Of a stretch of 64,000 bases of DNA, positions 27,650-38,041 are shown in pieces; the stretch's first letter is position 1; every line of letters begins with the position of its first letter. The notes beneath the pieces are model-generated. The model was not told where the DNA came from. It saw only the letters and a program-made list of their open reading frames with translations, and made no database searches. The position numbers were made by a program, and so were the translations under genes. This DNA is from Schmidtea polychroa (taxonomy: Eukaryota). The stretch lies in the NCBI GenBank assembly GCA_044892525.1, contig CM097887.1, positions 109,718,397-109,782,396 on the forward strand. The letters run 5' to 3'.

Positions 27650-28475
27650 TGAAATTAATTAAAGAAACTATATAGCGATAATTTACCATAGTAAATTATC
27701 GCTATATAAATATTGACAAAAAAATAAATTCGATAGAAAGAAAATTCCTGAACAGACAATAAATTTGATCAAATTCCTGAACAGATACTTTACATGATAA
27801 AATTTCTAAACAGATCATTTTGGTGATCAAATTCATAAACAGATAATTTATTTGATCTACTCCATTCGCTTATAATTGGTTGCCAATTGTACACTATATC
27901 CAACTACAACCGGACATAAACAAACGTTCTCGCTCTATCTCTATTCAAAACATTTCCCGATAAACCGAGCTCGAGCCGAATACGAGTTCCAATTCACAGT
28001 GTACAATCATTATCAAGGATACAGAAGAATATTAAACGATATTGGTCAATTTATTTCAAAAGTTCCATATTATAGCTGGAAGCTAATTCATACTATTGCT
28101 AGTGAATAGTAAACGTTACTATAATAGAGAAATTGCACGCTCCATTTACTTTGGAAAACCCGAATTGTAGTAACCAGAACTGTGTTACGAGATATCCTCT
28201 AGTAAACAATGAACCTATACAAATCCAAAGAAAGCAAGACAAATATTTTGTTCACCAATCCCTGGTTGAAACAGTATTAATTACTCGCGTCCCGGAAACT
28301 TACAAGGTCTTTATAATTTGATTTCTTTAATAAAGTTTGTAACAGTTATCTAGTTTGTTGTTACTACGTTATCTTTGCATCATTTTTTATTTATCGTTTT
28401 TTTATAGGTTTCACACACACGCACCCCGATTGTCCCGATACAATTTTTTTAACGGTGACTCTTTCGGGCTCTACA
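27650..28475 (-). repeat. Solo-LTR-like dispersed repeat, copy 1 (copy 2 ~49960-50887)
   Basis: Shared blocks CTACTCCATT, CCAACTACAACCGG, CACGCACCCCGATTGTCCCG; minus-strand start TGTAGAGCCC / TGTAAGACCC; ~27-bp subrepeats ATCAAATT(T)CC.AACAGAT. Left end not defined. Confidence 0.55.
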
Positions 28476-29433
28476 AGCTTCTAGTAACATTATAACTCAT
28501 TATATCATCATATATCAGTTACTTACCCTCGAGACTCACAATAATCACGACTGTATGTAATTGTATTTAAATTAATTTAATAATTAAACTATTATTATCA
28601 TGAAAAATGTTAAATATTCGAAAAATTCTCACTTTGTTTTAGCAGATTTTATAGGTAAATTGGAAGACATTCCACTGCGGCTCTAAAATTAAAAAAGAGC
28701 CTTAATAACAATTTTAGAATTATATTATATATTTAAAATCACATTAGACGCAGATCCGAATGGTTTATAATTATTAAAACAACTCCAAAGTTGCAAACAT
28801 TTTTCATTAAAAGTTGCAAAGGTTGCAAGCATAAAAGTTTAAATTTAACTTATATTTAGAACGCAAATTAGCCAACCATATAATCATGGAATTCATAATT
28901 ATTTTCTAGGATGTTCTTTCTATATAGCGACACATTCAAATAAACAGTAAAATATTTGATAATATTTTGCCCGCTAAAATTTCTGTCATTTTCTAAAGTT
29001 TTTTTAACATGGAAAACTTCTTTCAACTGTATAAATCATTATGTAAAAATATGATATCTTTGATGTCATTTTTATCCAAACAAGTTTGAAGTGAAATCAG
29101 CTCCATGGTATCTTTAAAAATCACTGCTTCAGATTATTGTCAATTATATTTGACATAAGAGTTTCCTTGTGATTTTGACCATCACTATGTTTGTCAACGG
29201 TTGATTTAAGCAACTGTAATAATCACTTCGATAAAGTAAAAATGAAAAAATGTTCATCACATTAACATTCTAGTTAAACAACATTTCAAATTTGTTTAGC
29301 TTTGAATATTCGATGGTGCACAGTAACAAAACTTCTGTACTAAATAAAATATCAGAAGTCTAATTTTAATTTAAATAGATGTTTAGACAAATAGACAAAT
29401 TATCGAGAATAAATTTTATTAAACTCCTTATTA

Positions 29434-30261
29434 GACTCCTTTGTGTTCTTTTCCAAATAAATAAATAAATAAATAACCCAACACAAAATCTTTATTGACA
29501 CTGATGCAGTTACACTTTTACACTTGTATTAGTTTACTCACACTTGATACAATCAGGTTTTGTCTACACTTTTCAATTTGCCAACAAATCTCACGCAGGG
29601 GTAGATCTTCCAACGGGAGATGTCCCTTTCTGGTACGTTCGATTTTTAAATGGTTTAATTTCTACTAACTTTAATATTTCCTTTTTCGCTCTCGTCAAAC
29701 TTCTATTTTCTTTTCTTCGACCAACTGGCATTTTGTTTTCTTGCCAGTTGCTTTTATACTCGTTTGGTAATTGACTTTATTTTTGCCAATTATTTTTGGT
29801 CTTATTTCCCCCCGGGTTTCCTCTTGGAGGTCTAATTCAATTGAAGGGAATTGGCTCATTTTCTTTGACGGCGCTTATTACTTTTTATCCGGCTAAATTA
29901 ATTGCCTTACCAAAATTGGGTTTCTCCGGCTAAATTAATTGCCTTCCCAAAATTGGATTTATCAATTCGCTCGGGTTTTCCATTGTATCGGGTTTCCCAT
30001 TAGCTCGGGTTTTCCATTAGTTAATTAATTTTTGTTTTTTGTAATTTATTCCTTTTAGGGACCCCCATTGATTTTATTTTATTATAGCTGAACTCGTCTC
30101 ATTATTTAGCATCCGCCCATACCAGTTTCCCCAGAAAATATTAATTTTTTTAAAATTTTTGATTTTTAATTAATATTTTGTACTTTAAATTTTATTTGTG
30201 AATTTGGTGTTTTTGTCAATTTTTCACCTCATTTTTGTGCCTCTCTTGTTGAACCCCAACA
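29434..30261 (-). repeat. Element 1 3' LTR (lacks terminal 35 bp)
   Basis: Matches 39039-39904 apart from 6 substitutions, 2 single-C indels and repeat-unit differences; begins TGTTGGGG on the minus strand right after the PPT. Confidence 0.92.
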
Positions 30262-30275
30262 TATCTCCCCCTTTA
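30262..30275 (-). promoter_or_regulatory. Polypurine tract of element 1
   Basis: Minus strand TAAAGGGGGAGATA abuts the TG start of the 3' LTR. Confidence 0.9.
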
Positions 30276-30329
30276 ATTTAGATTCGACCTCGAATCTGCA
30301 TGTATATAATAAGTCTAATTTACCATACA

Positions 30330-30661
30330 GTAATAACAATAATAACAATAATCACAACAATAATAATAATAATAATGGATTGCTATCTACCTATTTTAGC
30401 TATTGCCTTTGCCAATGATTTTAAATCTGCGCTATTTTATTTTGAAATTTCCTTATTCGACTCCCCCCATCATCCTCACACTACTTAATATAAATAATAA
30501 TGACGATAATAACACTACCAATAATAATAATAATAATAACAACAATAATAATAATTATTATTATATTATGATTTTTTTTTGAATAATAATGATAATAATA
30601 ATACTGATAATAATTCCTAATGACCACAATAATAAGGATAATAACAATAATAATAAAAATA

Positions 30662-30715
<54 letters not shown>

Positions 30716-30720
30716 TCAAT
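30330..30720. repeat. (AAT)n / (AAC)n low-complexity tract
   Basis: Visible trinucleotide repeats. Confidence 0.9.
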
Positions 30721-32171
30721 TGGGAAAAATCTATTTTCCCTTCTAATTTAATTTTCTAATTTCAGCATTGAAATTTGATTATCGACTATCTATCATAACT
30801 AGATAACTCGATTTAGTTTTTCATTTTCATAATTTAATATTTTCTTTCAGGACGAAAGATAGAGGAAAACAGTCCAATCAAAAACTACTCAAAAGAAAAT
30901 CGGGAGAGCCAACAACACAACCAATCAAAAATCGCTACTCCTATTATTTAAGGTAATTTACCACTTTTTATGGATATATTATAATTGATAAAAATACAGA
31001 ATTTGTAATAAATATAGATTTTAATTCCAAAAACATGAATTCAGGAAATCAAGAAATGAGATTTGCCCATTCCATCAAAGATAACCATTGGTAAATTAAT
31101 TATACATAAAAATAACAAACTATTATTAGATTTCTTAATGTGAAAATGGGCGAAAATTAATATACATCCTGTAATGTCTAGATTTTGTAATTTCCCGTCA
31201 AATAAATGTCGCCCGTTCAATAGGTTCGATCGCTTACATTGTAATCAATAAGGCGGACAAATCGGCACTATTTATGAAGTCAAATTAAACCAAATTTGGC
31301 GAGTATAGAATAAGCAGCATTTATGGAATATTCAACGAATAAATTTCATGGCAAAGAAGTACAATGATCAATTTTGGTTTATATCAGATTTATATTTAAA
31401 TATATACATTCAATAACGTTTATACTTTGATTCATTTATATATGCTTAATTTTCTCGCTGATAGAGCAGCCACTAAAGAACAGAGACAGCTTTCATTAGA
31501 TATTATCGGTCGTTGTCTTAGTAAAATGGAGGATCAAATACAAACGGTAACTTACAATTTATATTTATCACAACTGCATTTAATTCTATGAAACTCATGT
31601 ATTCAATTTCATATGCAACGCTGGTGATATTTTATTCAATTATATTATTGCAATCAATAATATTACTATCGTTTTAGAATTTCATTTATTGCCAGCAAAA
31701 GATAAATAAAATTCTTAATCGCCAAAAAACCAGATTAAATAAAAACAAAATTATTTTAATGATATTATCGTTGCATTTATTGTCATTATTTAATTTTACA
31801 ATTCCAAAACAGACCTATCCTCACTCAACAACTGAAATTCCTGTCCGGATCACACATCTAAACTAAACACTACTAATTTCATATTATATCCTAAAAAGGA
31901 ACAAAATCAGTCTACTCGCCAAACAGACTGACTAAGCATTGCTGAATGGAATTAATTCATTTTAATTTTAATTGACAAATTTAGCATGAAGAATTGTAGC
32001 CGTATTTTTTGATTATCAATTACTTGAAATTAAAATAGCAACCGGCTCATCACAATGTTTCCAGTAATTATCTGATTATATTATATTATTTATGAAAGAT
32101 ATTCTCATTATTGGTACGGAAATATATATAATACTAAATTGTTTTTTTTTGACTCGCTTATTTTCTTCCAG

Positions 32172-32342
32172 GTTGGATGTATGAATTATCTGAGAAAATT
32201 AACAAGCCTTATTCCGCTAATTGGACTGGTGAACCGGAAATATCCAACTATTTTATTACAGTGCTCTATTTTACATGCAGCAGTTTGACAAGTGTTGGAT
32301 TCGGTAATGTATCAGAAAATACAGACTTCATGCTACTGGGAG
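32172..32342 (+). pseudogene. Isolated EAG-family (KCNH, ELK-like) K+ channel pore exon with an ~8-codon deletion at the start of S6
   Basis: TTCCAG acceptor and GTGAG donor; GWMYELSEKINKPY...LYFTCSSLTSVGFGNVSENTD-FMLLG (family consensus LYFTxSSLTSVGFGNVSxNTxxEKIFSICxMLIG). Confidence 0.8.
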
Positions 32343-32744
32343 GTGAGAGCTGGTTATGAAAGAAAATAATTATTCACCGAAAATTCCAGCTCTTTGTCGA
32401 GTTTTAATCAGAAGATAATTATTTTTTTTTGCATAAATATAACTCAGAAATAATTTTGTTTACTTCGGTGGGACTTTTATCTATAATGTAAGTATAATCA
32501 GGGTTGAAAACAAATCCATTTCATTATTGATTAATATTATGAATTAAATTCTAAAGAAAACAATTTTTCAAATTTATCGAATACCTTGCATTGTTAGTGT
32601 GGTTATTAGCTGTGATATATTGAAGTGATTAGAATTTATTTTAGGTCGAAATATTTCAATACGGTTTAATTATTTATTTAAATTAGGTTATATTTATATC
32701 AATTCAGCAATGTTAAAGGAAATATACCTAAATTCGTCATATAC

Positions 32745-34052
32745 CTAATTTGTAATCATTTTTAAATAAAAATATTTTCGATAGTCGACACAAAATCTTA
32801 AATCACCGTCCTTCTTTTTAACTACTACTATTGATGATGAGAATGGTGAGGAACTATCTCTTATTATATTGAATTCTTTCATTGCTTTGATTTGCCGATC
32901 ACTTTCTTCCTGATGTATGTATGGTATTCTATACGGCCGTAATTTTATTGGGGTTTCGTTGAGTAATGGTATTTCATGCTCAATCACCTGAGTGAATCCC
33001 AGATCATACTCATGTTTTGCAAATACATTCCTATATTTCTTTAATAATGAACCAAATTCTTGTTTTTGTAAATCCGTTAAATCTTTGCTTGTGATCTGAG
33101 GTTCTTTATAAATTTTTATATTTCTCGGTAACTTCTGAGCTTCCTCTGATTTGATTTTTGTTAATTTTCCCAATTTGGTTTTGGGCTTTATTTCAACGGA
33201 TCTTGCACTATAATTCGCTATTCTAACTGGTACTGACTTATTTTGGACTTTCACTACTTCGTCACACATAGGCACATCGTATTTTTCAACCAGCTTTTGA
33301 TTTGGCTCAAATATGTACTCCTCATCTGAGACCCTCATAACATCTGCATAGTATATTACTTCGCTTTTTGGTGGTACTTCCAATGTTTGGTTTAGAAATA
33401 CTTCCCCTACTTCAGGCACTATTTCACCCATTTGTCCTTTTATTAGTTTTCCAGTTCTCAGATCAAGAGAAATTCCATGTAGTTGCTCCATGACATCCAT
33501 GCCAATAAGACATTTTACAGGACTTTTTCTCATCACTGATACCCAATGAATTATTTCTTTATCTCCAATTATCAGTTTAACTTCTAATTTTCCAACAATA
33601 TTTAGTGCATTATGTGACATTGATTTAATAATGTGATTCGTTGGTTTTATTTTGGCTTTCTCCTGATACGTCAAGAAGCTTTCCGCTACTATAGTATGAC
33701 TTGAGCCTGAGTCTAATAAAGCTTCCACTTTTCTCTTGTTAAACTGTATGTTTATTCGAGGTTGTTTTCCTCCTATTACTGTTGTCATTAGTGCATAGCT
33801 GCATGGTAGACCAAGCATATTCTTTCTTTCAATTTCCGCACTCGTTGGTTCAATCTTCTCTAATTCTATTGTGATATTATCGACCGATTTCATCTCTTTT
33901 AGTTTTTCACTTGGATATACTGGTGCTGTTGGTCTAAATGTCGGGGTATACCATCTACTAAGAGTATCAATCCCGCTTAATTTTGGCATTGGTTCAAGCA
34001 AGAACCTGGACTCTGGCTCTACTTTACTCTTTGTTACACTTTTCGAAAGCAT
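32745..34052 (-). CDS. Element 1 pol 5' part: aspartic protease, linker, RT N-terminus (truncated after FCVDYRK)
   Basis: EALLDSGSSHTIV; IEHEIPL...PIKLRPYRIP...SSPFSSSIVVVKKKDGDLRFCVDYRK; homology ends ~32776. Confidence 0.93.
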   Translation of the reverse strand: MLSKSVTKSKVEPESRFLLEPMPKLSGIDTLSRWYTPTFRPTAPVYPSEKLKEMKSVDNITIELEKIEPTSAEIERKNMLGLPCSYALMTTVIGGKQPRINIQFNKRKVEALLDSGSSHTIVAESFLTYQEKAKIKPTNHIIKSMSHNALNIVGKLEVKLIIGDKEIIHWVSVMRKSPVKCLIGMDVMEQLHGISLDLRTGKLIKGQMGEIVPEVGEVFLNQTLEVPPKSEVIYYADVMRVSDEEYIFEPNQKLVEKYDVPMCDEVVKVQNKSVPVRIANYSARSVEIKPKTKLGKLTKIKSEEAQKLPRNIKIYKEPQITSKDLTDLQKQEFGSLLKKYRNVFAKHEYDLGFTQVIEHEIPLLNETPIKLRPYRIPYIHQEESDRQIKAMKEFNIIRDSSSPFSSSIVVVKKKDGDLRFCVDYRKYFYLKMITN

Positions 34053-36056
34053 TTCTGCTCCGATTCCCCGTTGTTATTATCATCATTATGATCGTCGTTT
34101 TTATCTTCCGACTGACACGTAGATTCCTCACTTTTCCGGCCATTTCTTAATTGTGCCCTTACTCTTGCCATTTCTTTAAATTGATGATCTGTAATAAAGA
34201 ATCTAGCCAACAATGGAATACAACCAATAATTAATTTCCATGACCATCCCGATATTGCATATATTCGATGTACTGACAACATTTGCGACACTACCACCTT
34301 TGCCGTTATTACAATCACGTAAATTCCAATTAAACCTGCACATGCTTGTCCCAAAAACATGAACTTGCCCCAAATCTTTTCCATCGTTTTATACTTAGCT
34401 CGTTTGAAATGATCAGGTGTTAGCAAATTTTCGTAATTTACTGTTCCTTCTCCATTCGGTAATACTGTGTCAATCATTTCTGAAATTATCCGTTCCTTTT
34501 TGGATGGAAACAACAAATTCCTTTGAGCTTCTTCGATATCTTCGCTTGCATACAAGCCCATTTATGCCATTTTGTTTAGTGATGTGAAATTTATCAGGTA
34601 TTCTAAATTTGTTAATTCTAGTTTGTCTGGAGTCTTGACCCCACGATAATCTGGTAAGGCTATCCATGAGTCGGTAGCTAATCGGTATAAAGGGGCTAAT
34701 AATCGATTGCATTGCAAAAGTTTTGGTTTAGTTTATTCATCAAGCAAGATTCTAGTTATCGGTTCCATAAATCGTACCTTTCCCCCAAAGCTTACTGGTA
34801 ATTCGTTCGTACATTTTTCGTATTTGGCAATTTTCACTGTGACTTCTTTGCATTTGTAACTGTATAATGCTTCTCCAAATATTCTCGCAAACACTCCATT
34901 TTCTGATATTAGCATAGGTGCTACTAAATTTGGATTCGTAATTGCCATCGCCATCCGATTTCGGAGAATCTCTTTATTCAACTTGCAATCGTTCAGAATC
35001 ATTTCTCTATATACATTTTCCATGATGTTTTGACTAAAATGAAACAAATAATCAATTTTATTATTAAAATAATGAGTAAGTTTAATGTCATCTCTATGAA
35101 TTTTAATTTTTGCTTCTTCCACAACATTTCTAGACACGTAAACACCTTTATAATTTGTTACATATACCATTCGACCACATTTATTTGTGATTGCCTTTTT
35201 TATAAATCGCATTCCATCTGCTGGTAACGTAGACATTAAAATTGTTCCCATTTGTTTTGTCCATACTGGGGTTGATTTAATGGTATTATTTGGTCTATAA
35301 TTCATATTGAAATTATCTGGTTTATCTCTAAACTGTTCTCCTACTAGCTCTTTAAAGTTCATAGTTTTTAAGTGCACTAAATTACACTTATTTGTTTCTA
35401 CATTATAAACAAGAATCGATTCCCCTGTTCGACAATGTGTTTGTTTCATATTGCAGAATGGATGAGTTTGTAATTTTCCTGTATCATCATCGAAAGCTCC
35501 TTCGAACTCTCTCAACTCCGTGAGATATTCTTCTAGCACTACTGTTTGCTGAATAATTTTACCGTTCATTTTATATGGTTCACCTTCACAGTCGCCATTT
35601 GCTTTCATAACTCCCTTTACAATTATTGTTTCTCGTATTCTATGGTTCAATTTTGCCTTTAAACGAATTTCTGGACTTATTTTTAATTCTCCTGTTTGAA
35701 ATGCTGCTAGACAGTTTTCTGGAAGCACCTCGACTGGCCTAGGTATCGCATGCATTTTTATGAGTGACGTATGGCTCCATTTACCACAGTAGAATACGCA
35801 TGTTGTATGTTTGACAATACACTCTCTCACTTGAGTTCTTCGCAAATCAGACTCTTGATACACATAATATTTGACGTCATTTTCTATTTTTAAACTGCTC
35901 GGACACGCACCTGGGCATTCCGACATATCTACTACCGAATAAACTTTTCCCATTTCAGTTTGGGAACAATCGTACGCAACTAAAGATGATGTCTGTGTAA
36001 TTATTGCACAAAACGTAATCACCATAAACATCGCCCATGGAAATATCAGTTTTTCT
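34034..36056 (-). CDS. Element 1 env: chuvirus-G/herpes-gB-like class III glycoprotein, two in-frame TAA (34733-34735, 34562-34564)
   Basis: Hydrophobic signal then LVAYDC; Cys pattern YCGKWSH, DCEG, GEALYSYKCKEV, CTNELPV...FMEPITRIL, GLYASEDI; C-terminal hydrophobic segments. The same frame continues through both stops. Confidence 0.75.
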
Positions 36057-36128
36057 TAGTTCTGGCTTAACTCTTTCATTTACTCGTCTTTTGGGTGGAC
36101 TCATTTCTTGCTTCTCATTTTTCTTTTC

Positions 36129-36566
36129 TGTTAGAGATGAACACAGTGTTTTCCAACCACCTTTTTCGTTTACCCAGCTCATTAAATATTCGTTTACTAG
36201 CCGGGCAGCGATGTCTATCAAATTTTCTAACTTGTCTGACCTTGCGAACGTATGCGTTCCAATTTCTAAAACAACATAAGTTAAAGCTATTATTATAACT
36301 TCCTTATTAATTTCATTTTTTGTTAACTTTTCAATTACTGATCTCTCGCAAAATGTATTCTCTTCGCCAAATTTCTGCATCACTTCAGGAAGCCTGTTCT
36401 TCATCTCTTTAACTATTTCTTTCAGTTCATCATCTCCCTCTATTTCTATGTCGAACATTGGATATACTGCTTTAACGAGATGTTTCAACATTTTCTTAGT
36501 TTCGTCGACGTCTTGTTCTAGCTTCACTAAATATTTCTTTATTTCATATAAAGTTCTAACTTTCCT
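36129..36566 (-). CDS. Bcl-2-like domain within ORF 35955-37088
   Basis: BH2-like LMSWVNEKGGWKTL (36141-36185), degenerate BH1 EINKEVIIIALTY, BH3-like IEIEGDDEL; helical spacing fits the Bcl-2 fold. Confidence 0.7.
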
Positions 36567-36758
36567 ATTTTTGATTTCACTATTTATCTCGCCTTCAGGT
36601 ACAAGTGGCTCTCCTTGTACGTCTGGTTCTGTGGACTGATCTTTGTTACCAGGATCTTTTTGCTCATTATCACTAACGATTTCATTAATTTCTTTATTTC
36701 CCTTAACTTTTTCATCTTGTTCCTCTGTGTCAGGCTTGTTAGACTCAATATTTACTTC

Positions 36759-37043
36759 TAAACTGACTATTTTTACTACGACTATATGGTTCACTAAATA
36801 TCCCACTCGTCCATCTCGGATCAAATATCCATTTTCATCCAGCTCTTGTGGTACACACCCACAATCATATAAGTATTCATCATCGTCAAGTTCTTCACTT
36901 TTGTACATTATTATAATAATTCCATCTTTTCCCAGCGTTTCAGCCGCTCTCTTCCGCAATTTTCGGACCTTTGCACACCAATGCTCATCTACATATTCCG
37001 TTTTTCCATACCCCTCATAATCTAATGCTATCAAAAATGGCTT
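36759..37043 (-). CDS. Ubiquitin-like domain 2
   Basis: KVRKLRKRAAETLGKDGIIIIMYKSEELDDDEYLYDCGCVP aligns to ubiquitin TIENVKAKIQDKEG...[20 protein letters not shown]. Confidence 0.5.
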
Positions 37044-37329
37044 TAACTCTACTCTTGCCTTTCTGAGCTCCTTGCCCAATCTTTGCAAAAAAACTTCTTA
37101 ATAATTTGGCATATCTGGTTTTCACATGTGAATATGGTCGTATTGCATTCACTATTTTTAGTTTATCGTTTTCCTCCATTTCTAATTTCTCAATAATCTG
37201 TAACTTCTCATTAATTTCATCTTCATCTCCAATATATAACGCATCATTTAATTCCTCTAATACCTCTCTTGAATTCCTTTTGTCTATTATTTCACTACTC
37301 ATTATTTCATCACTAGTAACTACATTTTC

Positions 37330-37542
37330 CATTTTTAATTCATTTGTACTTCCTGGTATAAATCCACAATCTACCAAAAATTCGTCATTTCCTAACAATC
37401 TCTCATTAAATCTCAACTCTATCATGCATCCTTCCTTTTTTTCTTTTAATTTATTCTTTAAATCCTTTACACAATCATGTGCCTCACAACGACAACATAA
37501 TACACTTTTATCAATCTCGTTTACTACTTCCACAAAAATGAA
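37330..37542 (-). CDS. Ubiquitin-like domain 1 within ORF 37015-38079
   Basis: FIFVE...EAHDCVKDLKNKLKEKKEGCMIELRFNERLLGNDEFLVDCGFIPGSTNELKM aligns along the whole ubiquitin pattern. Confidence 0.65.
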
Positions 37543-38041
37543 ATCTAACCCTGTTTTCTCTCTCAAAGTTTTTCCAAATATTTTCATTAATTCTTTAATT
37601 TCGTCTTTATACTTTGGATTCATATTATAATAGTTAACGCACAAGCTAATTACACTTTTTATCTTTCTCATACTAAAAGATATTTGACTTAATTCTCTTA
37701 ACGATTTGATTACTTTAGCCGACTCTATTTCATTATTTCCAATTAGTTTTTCAATTCTGGTCATTATCATTGTTGCTTTTTCACTTTCCAAATCATCTTT
37801 TATAACTCTCCTTTTCGACTCCTTTTCATTTAATTCCTCTTGCGACTCATACATCATGTCATTATTGTAGTCCTCTTCTGATTCAAACTTTGACATCAAT
37901 CGATCCAAACGTCGACCCATTTCTCTCACTTCGCTTTCAATTCTTTCATTAAAATTATCTGGCTGAATAAAAGCTACATTATCCATCTGCGGTTTGTCAC
38001 TCTGAAACCTAATCGATTTCTTTAATATTGGCCTTTGGAAT

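Noticed and set aside
36037-37630. Plus-strand ORFs opposite the element 1 cargo region
   Set aside because: Ser/Phe/Leu-rich shadows of the purine-rich minus-strand coding sequence.
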